A DNA stretch of 64,000 nt from Leptospiria bacterium. GTDB lineage: Bacteria > Spirochaetota > Leptospiria > Turneriellales > CBDBES01. Below the pieces are notes generated by a model. That model saw only the letters and a program-made list of their open reading frames with translations, was not told where the DNA came from and searched no databases. This document shows positions 19,301-28,577 of this stretch, piece by piece. A program made the position numbers and the translations under genes. Numbering within the stretch: position 1 is the stretch's first letter; each line of letters starts with the position of its first letter. The stretch is from positions 1,484,901 through 1,548,900 of the forward strand of contig CBDHCY010000005.1 in the NCBI GenBank assembly GCA_965261485.1. Reading direction: 5' to 3'.

Positions 19301-19778
19301 TATTGATAAAATGAGCGATAAGGTTCGGAAAACGAGCAAAAGTCATTTGATTAAAGCTTGGCTGATTGCTTGCTATACGATGCTTTATGATATAATAAAA
19401 ATCATCATTTCTCACAGTATCTTCAGGGTAACCGATTACAACTGTTTGAGCTTTATTAAAATTGGTGACATTAAAAGTAATGCTTGTTGGGTTTATTCTT
19501 GGTATTACTCCAAAAGGTGGGGATGTATCTGAATAAATTTCAACAGTGAGGTCAGTACTAGGTTTTTTTGACAAACGTATTGAATAACCAACCTCAGTTC
19601 CCTTTTTGACGGTAATCTCTTGCATATTTAGTATCAGCCTGAGAGTAGTGCCCTTTTTAGCAATTTCGGGAGGTGGTACTACATTTGAACACCGAAGAAA
19701 AAAAAGACAAGTAAGGATAATAATAATAAATATCTGCTTTAGGTGAATAAGAATGAGATTTTTAATCGTCTGTTTCAT
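16326..19778 (-). CDS. large Ser-rich secreted/surface protein with GLUG-motif beta-helix repeats
   Basis: N-terminal hydrophobic signal; three ~100-aa related Ig/Calx-like modules (TVEIYSDTSPPFGVIPRINPTSITF, TIEIYSETILPFRVMPSIDPTSITF); a GLUG-type entry segment (WIPIGDGNNPFTGIFEGNRHTITNLWV...YAGLFG); many SGGL[VIM]G repeats separated by Ser-rich SSFSG modules; and an (SE)n run. Confidence 0.7.
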   Translation of the reverse strand: MKQTIKNLILIHLKQIFIIIILTCLFFLRCSNVVPPPEIAKKGTTLRLILNMQEITVKKGTEVGYSIRLSKKPSTDLTVEIYSDTSPPFGVIPRINPTSITFNVTNFNKAQTVVIGYPEDTVRNDDFYYIIKHRIASNQPSFNQMTFARFPNLIAHFINNTSLKLKGVTITARNINLNEGGTCGHYSIRLLEETNTDFTIEIDSRTRSTLVDKRPITNLTIEIYSETILPFRVMPSIDPTSITFDSTNFNISKEIEICYLEDSEKSYDFFYTLKHRVTTTDSNFNQVSFSNLEEVAFSLINNDEVDMDHDGLIEIDNDIMLHNIRYDLSGASYKTSSSDPGISGGCPSGVCKGYELTTNIDLLSLLDANKSRGIDTTMVDIDKNGNSNTSDSNDQVSVIDTNKDISWIPIGDGNNPFTGIFEGNRHTITNLWVNIRSQSDEVYAGLFGATDGGESEIRNVEVSLGSIYSRAFSSGVAYSGGLVGYAKSSLAIENCTFSGFNEVSSYSSSVDACLISTFNGNCSYSYSGGLVGGAFVNLMITNSSFSGGGALSYAPVVMAGRDRSFAYSGGLAGRIIGSLTITGSSFSGNEIISSSSSSSFSGGLVGNVKSLKIMGKANNIMIKNSSSSFSGIRIGDDDDKISSFSLELSFSGGLIGHTEVSNTNADIMIKNSFSSFSGNYAHKITSASSSTSVSRSSSGGLMGQILMSDCNSDNSDCSSDNPVNINLTIDNSRSFFSGNGEKKISSSASRSSSGGLIGQAGLDNSNTSNFAITIINSYSSFSGSGNNKITSLASSFSSTAGGLVGKTLISRMTDADIAITIINSYSSFSGSDESEISSSKLSFNTNRFSASGGLVGYAETDLIIQNSYFSGDINILSSSSFQPLSSSSSSSYSGGIVGETGMRANLTIENSYFTGLGKISSSSSSKAASGGLVGYSKFLTIENSYFGGLDCPPVSSPPSMSSPPSMMACSAEISSSNSFGSSESESESESESESESESESGSGSSNLYSGGLVGYFDNPLTSLTVTDSYWNTEVSQEITNGMTVTPQSPKRAQGNAAVSEMGGVVMVTDVSGATGLTLMQLKAISGMHPDGLPHDMTPNDMMEDDTKAWELGTDEQLPAVKLCVSTVDTSTLSITDLCGSYGDLIAGQQR
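16766..16838 (-). repeat. in-frame hexa/dodecanucleotide repeat encoding (SE)n-GSGS
   Basis: Iterations of TCAGACTCAGAT encode SESESESESESESESESGSGSS. Confidence 0.85.
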
Positions 19779-20008
19779 ATTTCAAATCGAGATAAATAGT
19801 CTTTTCATGAAAAAAGACTATTTTCTACTGCAATGCTAATGTAAATAATCAAAATTGCAAGAAAAAAATAAATAAAAATATATATTAGATGTGCAAGCCA
19901 AAGGATACCAGCGGGGGTAAATTATTAGATTTAGTTTAAATTTTTAAATTAAAGTAGAAAATATATTTTTTTACTTTACCTTAACTAAGGTAAAATAACT
20001 TTGCACTT

Positions 20009-21181
20009 ATGATGACTGAAAAAAAAATAACCACACCTAATATTTTCAATTTTGCAACCTCTGAGTTGTCACAAAATGCCATGATTGCCTATATTTTGGC
20101 ATGGGCTGATCCTAATACATACAGTGCTTACACCGCCGAGCACAAGTTAGGTAAAGCGTTATTAGATGCACTATTATCTCAGGCGATTAAAAATGATGAT
20201 AATGATAAAGCCATAAAAAAAGTCATAAAAAAACTTGAAATTAAGGAACTGCGAGTTGAAACACAAATTGATAGAATTGATATTTCTGTTATCATTAATG
20301 AATCTATATTTCTAATTATTGAAGACAAAGTAAACACTAAAGAACACTCCGATCAGATGGCTCGTTGCACAAAAGCAGTCGAAACCATGAAAAATAAAGA
20401 AGATGAACCTTTTAAACATATTTTGGTTGTCTATGTCAAAACTCGCAATGAATCAAAAAAATTTCGTCCAAAAAAAGACGACGGAAATCTTTATGCATGT
20501 TTCTATCGAAAAGATTTTCTTCTCGTGCTTAACAAAAATCTCTGCCCTGATAACAACATTATAGAGCAATTCAGCAACCATTTGCAGAAATGGGAAGAGG
20601 GTACCCAGAGTTTCAAAACCACACCGTCCGATGAATGGACTCGGCTCGAGTATGAGGGCTATTATTGTGCTTTGGAAAATGAGTTTTCGGAAGATGATCT
20701 CAGTGATTTGGAAATGAACTGGCATAAATTATCGAACCGTTCTGGTGGTGCTCACATTCTTTGGTGGTGGCCAAACAAAAAATATTTCCCCAAAAATAGA
20801 AAATATAAATTCTATAAAGATTGTAATTGTATATTCTACCTGCAAATTGATCAGGACAGAGGGTTGTTTATCCGTCTCGATGAAAGAAAGGACAATAATG
20901 GTAATTTAATCAAGATAAATACAGATCTCCTGTGGAAGGTATTGGAAGAAACACAAAAACACGCTAAAAAAATTGGTGGAGACATACAGGTCAAAAAACC
21001 TTCCTCTTATAGCCCCGGTTGGACAGCAAATGCCGCTCAAATTTACTTCAGCACAGAAAAAGATGACAAAGATCATTCCTACATAGCCACCAATCAGGAT
21101 GGCATAATTAATTTAAAAGCCACCGTAAAACGCCTTAAACTGGCAATAGAACTTTTAGGTCGTTTGTACGGCAAAAGTTAA
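20009..21181 (+). CDS. PD-(D/E)XK nuclease superfamily protein (orphan)
   Basis: N-terminal NIFNFATSELSQNAMIAYILAWADPN and core RIDISVIINESIFLIIEDKVNTKEHSDQ match the D...E-x-K pattern of this family as I recall it. No partner genes are adjacent. Confidence 0.5.
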   Translation: MMTEKKITTPNIFNFATSELSQNAMIAYILAWADPNTYSAYTAEHKLGKALLDALLSQAIKNDDNDKAIKKVIKKLEIKELRVETQIDRIDISVIINESIFLIIEDKVNTKEHSDQMARCTKAVETMKNKEDEPFKHILVVYVKTRNESKKFRPKKDDGNLYACFYRKDFLLVLNKNLCPDNNIIEQFSNHLQKWEEGTQSFKTTPSDEWTRLEYEGYYCALENEFSEDDLSDLEMNWHKLSNRSGGAHILWWWPNKKYFPKNRKYKFYKDCNCIFYLQIDQDRGLFIRLDERKDNNGNLIKINTDLLWKVLEETQKHAKKIGGDIQVKKPSSYSPGWTANAAQIYFSTEKDDKDHSYIATNQDGIINLKATVKRLKLAIELLGRLYGKS

Positions 21182-21365
21182 GAGTCCTGTAGGCGTGGCA
21201 CTGAGGTAACGAAGGTCACAAATCTTACTGTTGGTCGTAATTCAAGCAAGGTGGCTCGAATATAAAAAAACCTTACTGATAGAGATCTTCTACAAAACTT
21301 GTAATTTTAAAAAATATAAGTGGTGTCTTAACAAAATACAAATTTTGAATTAATAAATATTCTGT

Positions 21366-23141
21366 TCAACCCTCATACGATTCTAAACGTGAAAGTATTT
21401 TCTCTAAGGGAAGATGCTCTTTACTCATATTTTTTCTATTTTTAAGCTCCAATTCTCCTGATTCTAAAAATTTTTTACCAGAAATTATTTGCCAAGGAAA
21501 CCCAACTAAGTCTGCATCATTAAACTTGACCCCAACTCTTTCTTTTCTATCATCAAAATAAACATTAAATCCTTTTTTTTTGAGTATATGATAAACTTTC
21601 TCATGTTTTTTTAAATCTTCTTCTGTATTAAAAATTGGAATAAAATAAATACTGTAAGGAGATAAAGTCTCTGACCAAATAATACCATGTTTATCATAAT
21701 TCTGCTCTACATAGGCCTGAAGAGTTCTGTCAATACCAATACCATAACAACCCATTGTGGGGATAATATTTCTCCCACTTTGATTTAATACTGAAAAATT
21801 CATTTTCTTTGAATATTTTTGACCAATTTTAAAAATATGACCCAATTCAATACCTTTTTTTTCAACCAACGTTTGTCTTGTGTCGAGAGGACAAATGTCC
21901 CCCTCTTTAGCTTCTACTAAATCAACTCCTTCAGAGTCTTCATGAATCATAAAATCACGACCTTCTTCTAAATGAATACAATGTAGATCTTTCTGGTTTC
22001 CACCAGCAATCAGCTCTCCCCTCCCTTTCAAATTTCGATCATAATAAATAAGAATTTCTTTATTTATGGTTATTTCAGGAGAAGAAATCTTTAATTTTTG
22101 AGTGTGAGAAACTGGCAAATTATGTGGACCAATAAAACCAGGAGGAACTTGAACACCTTGACAAATTGTTTCATTTGATGCCATTTTAAGATTGAGTGAA
22201 CCAGAAATTTTATTAAGTTTTGTCAAAGAAAGATTACGATCTCCAGGAATAAATGCAATAACTATATTATAATCATCTTCATGAACAAGTGTTTTGATAA
22301 ACTGAGATTCTTTTTTATCAAGTAGTTTAGCCACATCCTCTACCGAAGAAACATTAGGAGTATCAACATATTTAACTGGAGAGGAAGATTTAACAACTGA
22401 ATATTTTACCGCTGGGATAAATTCCGTCTTCTCTTGATTAGCCTGATAAGAGCATAATTTCAAATCTTTAGCAAAAAGTAATGTAGATTCACCAATCTCA
22501 CTGGTAACCATAAATTCTTCCGAATGTGCACCTCCCATACCAGCTGAATCTGCCTGAACAGAGATAGTAGAAATACCACAGCGATTAAAAATAGACCGAT
22601 AGCACTCTCTCATCTTTTCATAAGTCTCATTTAAGGATATTTCGGTTTCATGAAAAGAATAGGCATCTTTCATTATAAACTCACGACAACGAATGAGTCC
22701 ATATCTAGGACGTATTTCATCTCGATATTTTGTGCCAATTTGGTATAAATTAATTGGAAGTTGTTTGTACGACTTCAAATAAGCTTTTGCAAATTGAGTA
22801 ATCGCTTCTTCGTGCGTAGGTGCTAAACAATAATCTTTTTCGTGGCGATCTTTTAAACGCATCATTTCATGACCCATCTCTGACCATCTACCTGATTTTT
22901 TCCAAACCTCCGCTTGTGTAAGAATCGGAAGTTTGATTTCAATCGCCCCAAATTTATTCATCTCTTCTTTAACGATCTGCTCTATTTTTTGATGCGTCAA
23001 TAAACCAAAAGGTAAATATGAATAAAGTCCAGATGCATGTTTATGAATATAACCTGCTTTTAAAAGTAATTGATGAGATTTAACCTGAGCCTCTTTAGAT
23101 ATTTCTTTACTTGTAAACAAAGGTATTTGTGAAGCTTTCAT
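21366..23141 (-). CDS. proS: proline--tRNA ligase (bacterial type with an insertion/editing domain)
   Basis: KSGRWSEMGHEMMRLKDRHEKDYCLAPTHEE, class II synthetase motifs, 591 aa. Confidence 0.93.
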   Translation of the reverse strand: MKASQIPLFTSKEISKEAQVKSHQLLLKAGYIHKHASGLYSYLPFGLLTHQKIEQIVKEEMNKFGAIEIKLPILTQAEVWKKSGRWSEMGHEMMRLKDRHEKDYCLAPTHEEAITQFAKAYLKSYKQLPINLYQIGTKYRDEIRPRYGLIRCREFIMKDAYSFHETEISLNETYEKMRECYRSIFNRCGISTISVQADSAGMGGAHSEEFMVTSEIGESTLLFAKDLKLCSYQANQEKTEFIPAVKYSVVKSSSPVKYVDTPNVSSVEDVAKLLDKKESQFIKTLVHEDDYNIVIAFIPGDRNLSLTKLNKISGSLNLKMASNETICQGVQVPPGFIGPHNLPVSHTQKLKISSPEITINKEILIYYDRNLKGRGELIAGGNQKDLHCIHLEEGRDFMIHEDSEGVDLVEAKEGDICPLDTRQTLVEKKGIELGHIFKIGQKYSKKMNFSVLNQSGRNIIPTMGCYGIGIDRTLQAYVEQNYDKHGIIWSETLSPYSIYFIPIFNTEEDLKKHEKVYHILKKKGFNVYFDDRKERVGVKFNDADLVGFPWQIISGKKFLESGELELKNRKNMSKEHLPLEKILSRLESYEG

Positions 23142-23148
23142 AATTCAA

Positions 23149-24342
23149 TTAAATTAATTTCTGAATAATTTCTCGTACCATTTTTATAACATAACTCTGT
23201 TGCTCAAGAGAAAAGCATTCATTATAAGAAAAACGAATAACTTCTAAAGCTTCTGTTTCACTTAAGCCAAGTGCTAATAAACCTGGTGAAGGTATCCTTG
23301 ATTTTGACTTACAAGAGGTGCCAGTTGATACAACAATATTAGCTTCATCAAGCCCAATTAAGAAAAAATCAATTGGAAGATTTTTAAAAATAACCATTGT
23401 AGTACCAGCAAGCCGAAGTAAATTTGTACCAATAATTTTAATATTGATTATATCTCTTAAAGCAACAATAAGAGAAGTTTCAAATGCCTGTGTAAGAAAA
23501 ATTAATTTATTATAATTTTTTTTTTTTACCCTTTCAGACAAAACTTTCTCAAAAGCAAGAATTGAAACAAGATTATGACTGCCTGGTCGAAGAGCATATT
23601 CTTGTCCACTTTCATAAAATGGAGTCAATGCACTTTGTTTTTGATCAGCAAACTCTAAAGGCATAATCATAATTCCTGCACCAAATCCTGCTCCTATTTT
23701 GTGCCCAGACATGGTAAAAAAAATAGATATCTTTTTAGAGACTGCAAATATGTCATATCTCAGATTAGAAGAAGCAACATTATTTTGTAAGCGAGAAACA
23801 ACTTGTACTACATCACAAATTAAAGGTATAGAAAATTTACTTAAAAGATTAAAAAATATTTCCCAAGGTTGGATGATACCTGTTTCATTATGGGCTAATG
23901 TACAAACCAAAAAATCAAACATTTTATTTTGAAAAGCATCTTCCAAATAAACTAAGTCAAGCTGCCCATTTTTATTTAAAGGTAAAATTATTATATCAAT
24001 TGCTATTTTTTTTTTCAATACTTCAATCGTAGAAGGATGTTCAAATGGAGAGACACCAACTAATAGCCGATCTTTTGCTTTAATTTTTTTTAAATAATTG
24101 TAAAGAAGGTGAATGGCTAAAAAATTAGCTTCCGTTGCCGATGATGTGAAAATAATTTGATGCTCTGAAACAGAAAAGATATTTCCTATTTTTTTTCTCG
24201 ATTTTTCAATCAGAGATTCACTTTTTTGTGAAAATGCAGATCGACCACTGGAGTTTCCATAACTTGAAATATAGGCCTTATGAGCGGATTCTATAATCTT
24301 TGCAAAAGGGGGGTGAGTCGCATTATAATCTAAATAAATCAT
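23149..24342 (-). CDS. cysteine desulfurase family protein (class V aminotransferase, NifS/IscS-like)
   Basis: N-terminal IYLDYNATHP, PLP-lysine context SGHKIGAG, and a C-terminal catalytic-Cys loop STGTSCKS. Confidence 0.8.
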   Translation of the reverse strand: MIYLDYNATHPPFAKIIESAHKAYISSYGNSSGRSAFSQKSESLIEKSRKKIGNIFSVSEHQIIFTSSATEANFLAIHLLYNYLKKIKAKDRLLVGVSPFEHPSTIEVLKKKIAIDIIILPLNKNGQLDLVYLEDAFQNKMFDFLVCTLAHNETGIIQPWEIFFNLLSKFSIPLICDVVQVVSRLQNNVASSNLRYDIFAVSKKISIFFTMSGHKIGAGFGAGIMIMPLEFADQKQSALTPFYESGQEYALRPGSHNLVSILAFEKVLSERVKKKNYNKLIFLTQAFETSLIVALRDIINIKIIGTNLLRLAGTTMVIFKNLPIDFFLIGLDEANIVVSTGTSCKSKSRIPSPGLLALGLSETEALEVIRFSYNECFSLEQQSYVIKMVREIIQKLI

Positions 24343-24364
24343 TGTCTTTTTAAAAATTAAAAGA

Positions 24365-25516
24365 TTATTCGTAAATAGATAATGTATTCATTAAACGTTC
24401 TGCTTGCTTCTTGTATAAGGGGTCAATTTTTTTTAAAGTCAAAACATCTTTGATCAAATTTTCCGCTATATTATACTCCTTTGATCTAAAAGCAGCCTCA
24501 GCTAATGAATAGAGATAAACTGGATTTGAGTTAACATTTTTAAATTTAAGTTTATAAAGAGAATGATACACAATACGACAATCATCAGGCCCAGATACTC
24601 GACAGCGATCTAACATTGCCTCACAATAATTATTAAGACTTTTCATATCTTGCTGAATAAGAAAATTTTTCCAACTTAGTTTTATTTTAGAGTTAACCTC
24701 ATGCGTAGAAGGAAAAGATCTTAAAAAAAACTGATGCAAAATTTTTGCGTAGTGCTTATCATTCTCTAAATTTTGCCTTGTCTTATTTTCTAATATGTCC
24801 GCTGGCATACCTTTGATATAGGTGTTTTTTTCTGCTAGATATTCTAAATAATTAATAGCCTTATACCATACTCCAATTACACGTAAAGGCATACAAGATG
24901 CTTGAAGAATATCTTCTCTCAACGTAATTACAGCATAATGATCAGGCTTTTTTTCCATCGAAAGCTCATAATAACTTTTATCAAGAAGCATAATCCATCT
25001 TCTTAATTCTTCAATAACTGAAGAGCTTATTTTTGGATATTTTCTATTTTTTTGAAGAACTTCAAAAGATTGATTTTTAGACCATTCGCTATATTTTATA
25101 TCTTTAATACGAGGTTTTTTACAAAGTAATCGCATGTCTCTTATGAGTGTCAGAGTCGCCTCAAGAAATACAGGATTAACATGATTTTGCCATTTAATAT
25201 TTTCTAAAATCTTGTGAGTTAATAATTTATGATTACCCTCGTTAACTGAGTAAAGATGAATCGCCTTTTCAATGAGTTTTTTTAAGCCTCTTTTATAGAT
25301 ATCTGTTGATTGAGATAAATTTTCTTCAAAACCATAGGGCCCCTTTGGCCATGTTGAGTGATTCGTGTATATTGGTCCAATATTTAAATATTGCACTAAA
25401 TTATAAATTTTATAGCGTGTACTATAAATTAAAAAAAATAAAAAAATTGCAAAAAATAAAAAAATTAAACCACGGAAAAATAAATTACCCCAAAGCTGTG
25501 AAAAAAGATATTTCAA
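24365..25516 (-). CDS. hypothetical membrane-anchored protein
   Basis: 383-aa ORF with an N-terminal TM helix (LIFLFFAIFLFFLIY). No recognisable motif. Confidence 0.5.
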   Translation of the reverse strand: MKYLFSQLWGNLFFRGLIFLFFAIFLFFLIYSTRYKIYNLVQYLNIGPIYTNHSTWPKGPYGFEENLSQSTDIYKRGLKKLIEKAIHLYSVNEGNHKLLTHKILENIKWQNHVNPVFLEATLTLIRDMRLLCKKPRIKDIKYSEWSKNQSFEVLQKNRKYPKISSSVIEELRRWIMLLDKSYYELSMEKKPDHYAVITLREDILQASCMPLRVIGVWYKAINYLEYLAEKNTYIKGMPADILENKTRQNLENDKHYAKILHQFFLRSFPSTHEVNSKIKLSWKNFLIQQDMKSLNNYCEAMLDRCRVSGPDDCRIVYHSLYKLKFKNVNSNPVYLYSLAEAAFRSKEYNIAENLIKDVLTLKKIDPLYKKQAERLMNTLSIYE

Positions 25517-25624
25517 GTTGGCGATTACATCCTATTATAATATTTAAAGTCAAGCAATTTTAGTTAGTATCAAAAATTATATCAATAGACTCAGCGATAA
25601 AAAATTTGATACCATAAATACTCC

Positions 25625-26812
25625 CTACTTGATAATATTTAAACGAGCACATATTTTATATAAATACATACTTCCGCAAATGAGATGAGCATACTTAAAT
25701 ATTTTTAAAAGATTACAAAATTCTTGTTCCGTTTTAACTGAAATTAAACTTAATTGAATATCATTCTCTAACTGATTAAACTTATAAAAATTACCTTTAC
25801 TATGAAAACAATCTAAAAAATAGATTCTTTCAATTTTATCTTTAGCGTAAAAATTTAAGTTAGCTAAAATACCTCTGAGTGATTTACTTTTAAGTGTATT
25901 CAAATACAGTATCCACTTTTGATCATTTTTTTGATCAGATAACCAAAATGAAAGCTCCCTTGCAGCAGGTTCATTATGTGCACTATCAAACACGATGTGC
26001 GGAAATTTTAGTAAGACCTCCAATCGGCCTTTAAAATGAGGTTTTATTATAGGAGGAGTTTTTTTAAAATATTCAGAATATATCCAATAACAAACATCTA
26101 AATTTTTTTCAATATAATTTTTTTTAATATATTTTTCATTTGGTGAATAAAATTTTAGTGAACCTTTATATTTAAGAGATTCTTGAATAAGAATCTCTGC
26201 CGCTTCGTTTTTCTGAGGGTAAGAAAAAACAATTTGAGAATTAATAATACCAGCCTTAGCAAAAGCAATTTTTTCAAGACTTTTCCCTAATATTTGTTGA
26301 TGATCTAATCCGATAGGAGTAATCACCGAAAAGCAAGTTTTCAGATTATTTGTTGAATCTTTTCTTCCACCAAGACCTGTTTCAATAACTGCCCAGTCAA
26401 CTTGCTTTTCTTTAAAATAAAGAAAAGCCATAACGCAGATGCAATCAAAAAAACTTAATGTTTTTAAATTACAATTTTTTTTCATAAATTGCCATAATTT
26501 TGATAAAGCATTATCTGATATTTCCTGATGATTAAGTTGAATTCGTTCATTAATTCGCAAAAGATGAGGAGAATAAAAACTTCCTACGCGAAAACCATCA
26601 ATCATTAACATTTGACTTAAGAATTTTACCGTACTTCCCTTAGCCACAGTACCTGCTACATGAATTGTCTTATAAAAATCTTGAGGTTTTAAAAAATTAT
26701 TCAAAACTTTTCTTACTGGTTCAGGAGAATATTCATATAAAAACTTATGTGACTTTTCAAAATTTTTCACTTCAAAATATTCTAAAATTTCTTGTTCAAG
26801 TACAGAAGCCAT
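25625..26812 (-). CDS. folC: bifunctional folylpolyglutamate synthase / dihydrofolate synthase
   Basis: P-loop-like HVAGTVAKGST and ETGLGGRKDSTN (Mur ligase family). Confidence 0.8.
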   Translation of the reverse strand: MASVLEQEILEYFEVKNFEKSHKFLYEYSPEPVRKVLNNFLKPQDFYKTIHVAGTVAKGSTVKFLSQMLMIDGFRVGSFYSPHLLRINERIQLNHQEISDNALSKLWQFMKKNCNLKTLSFFDCICVMAFLYFKEKQVDWAVIETGLGGRKDSTNNLKTCFSVITPIGLDHQQILGKSLEKIAFAKAGIINSQIVFSYPQKNEAAEILIQESLKYKGSLKFYSPNEKYIKKNYIEKNLDVCYWIYSEYFKKTPPIIKPHFKGRLEVLLKFPHIVFDSAHNEPAARELSFWLSDQKNDQKWILYLNTLKSKSLRGILANLNFYAKDKIERIYFLDCFHSKGNFYKFNQLENDIQLSLISVKTEQEFCNLLKIFKYAHLICGSMYLYKICARLNIIK

Positions 26813-26819
26813 GATATAT

Positions 26820-28577
26820 CTATTTAATAAGTTTTTTTTCTAATTTTTCCAATTGCCTTCGAATATTTTTTAATCGAATCACATTATTTTTATTTTTGAT
26901 CACTTTTTTTTTAAGTTCTTCTAAACTTACTCTAATCGTATCTGCATTAGGATCTATGTGTTCAACATTTGGATCATACGGTTTAATTGAAAAAGGTATA
27001 TGTAATACAGTGCTTTTCTTTTTACTTTTAGGATCTCTCGCTTGAATATGCAAATAATACCAACCTATTTTTAAATTAATCTTTAAGCTAATAATTCCAG
27101 TTTGAACAGCCAGCATTTTTCTTGGTTCATATTCAGACCTTTGGTTAATATTAACATAATAGTCAATGGGCAGTTGATTTTTAATATATAGCTTAATCAA
27201 ACCAGGGAGAAATGTTGATGGAGAAACTGTATTTAAAAAAATTACTTGAGGCTCAGGTGGCTCATAAAGCCAAAAAATTGGAATATGATATAAATATGAT
27301 TTTTTTTTAGTAATTGGATCAATTGCCTGCAGGTGAAATATATGATATCCATCTCGAACATTCATTATTTTAATTTTTTTACGAGGAAAAGAGATTAATT
27401 CTCCAACAGGTTCAGAATTATCATTATTATCTAACAAGTATTGATATAAATATTGTTTTTGATTATGTGTCTTCCATGAAACATTTAAAGAAGGCGGACT
27501 TTTTAAGTTAACTCTCCATTTAAAGTTATATAAATGTAATTTTTGACTATTCCAACTTTGTAAGTATAAATGATTTTTACTTATTTCCATCAGTATATGC
27601 AATTTATTTTTATGGCTTAATAAATTGATTCGCCTACTCAATAATACAGTATTACTGCGAAGATTACCAATTTTGATATTTCTAAAAAAATTACTAAATT
27701 TAATTCTCCATACTTTATTTAAAACATGACTTGATACAAAAAGATTAAATATTTTTTTATGTACGACTGGTATAATTTGATGAGCGTAGCGAAATCTACG
27801 GTTCGAAATAAGCTTAGCACTAAATAATTTATCGTGGGTTATATTAAATCTCCAAAGTACACCAGACAAATCAATACCCAATAAAAATGTTTTACGACCT
27901 ATCGCAAAAAAACGAGGAGCTAAAATATGAAAGGGTAATTTTAGTTGATAGTAATATCCCTTACTCCAAACTGACCAATAATAGTGGTTCCCAAGTTGGT
28001 GGAGCATATGTATTCTTTTATTTTTCCACTGAAAAAACATATAATCAATAGGATTTTCAATACGATAAATATCTTTAAGGACACCATCTTTCCATAATCC
28101 AATTGTATAATTATATTTTTCGTGGTAGTATAATAAACATAGTGGCTTTCCTTCTTCATTGACTCGAATATCCGCTAATTCAATATTAACTCCTACATTA
28201 AAAATTGTATCATAAATTTTTTTACCTCTTAGACTAAAAGCATTCAAACGTATTTTCTTACTTTTTTTAAAGATTGCGACAAAAAGATCACCCGACTTTA
28301 AAGTAAAGTGTTTAATAATATCAGGAGCTTTTGAATAATCATATATTTTATTTTTTTTAAGTTTATCTTTAGGAAAGCTCAATTTTATAAGTTCACCTTT
28401 ATCACTAATCGCAAAAAAATTTTTCTTCCAATAATAACGATGAGTATCAATAACCTTATAGCCATAAAGAGGCCATTCAATGGACTCTAAACCTATTGAT
28501 TTATTCGACAAAATTGGATATGCAAAAAAAATAGGTACGAGAATAAAAAGAACAAGGAAGGTAAGCTTTTGCATCAT
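26820..28577 (-). CDS. hypothetical secreted protein with Y_Y_Y-like Ig domains
   Basis: N-terminal signal sequence. Two C-terminal segments resemble the Y_Y_Y motif (GYHIFHLQAIDPITKKKS and GWYYLHIQARDPKSKKKS). 4-bp overlap with the upstream gene. Confidence 0.5.
   Translation of the reverse strand: MMQKLTFLVLFILVPIFFAYPILSNKSIGLESIEWPLYGYKVIDTHRYYWKKNFFAISDKGELIKLSFPKDKLKKNKIYDYSKAPDIIKHFTLKSGDLFVAIFKKSKKIRLNAFSLRGKKIYDTIFNVGVNIELADIRVNEEGKPLCLLYYHEKYNYTIGLWKDGVLKDIYRIENPIDYMFFQWKNKRIHMLHQLGNHYYWSVWSKGYYYQLKLPFHILAPRFFAIGRKTFLLGIDLSGVLWRFNITHDKLFSAKLISNRRFRYAHQIIPVVHKKIFNLFVSSHVLNKVWRIKFSNFFRNIKIGNLRSNTVLLSRRINLLSHKNKLHILMEISKNHLYLQSWNSQKLHLYNFKWRVNLKSPPSLNVSWKTHNQKQYLYQYLLDNNDNSEPVGELISFPRKKIKIMNVRDGYHIFHLQAIDPITKKKSYLYHIPIFWLYEPPEPQVIFLNTVSPSTFLPGLIKLYIKNQLPIDYYVNINQRSEYEPRKMLAVQTGIISLKINLKIGWYYLHIQARDPKSKKKSTVLHIPFSIKPYDPNVEHIDPNADTIRVSLEELKKKVIKNKNNVIRLKNIRRQLEKLEKKLIK

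Noticed and set aside
21182-21270. GC-rich patch downstream of the nuclease-like gene, considered as a tRNA or tRNA fragment (GGTGGCTCGAAT resembles a T-loop) or as a solo copy of the 47-bp minisatellite unit (shares ACTGTTGGTC and AGCAAGG).
   Set aside because: No cloverleaf can be drawn: the T-stem lacks a complement and there is no acceptor or D arm. The minisatellite similarity is limited to a 10-mer and a 7-mer with different spacing, which is too weak to claim.
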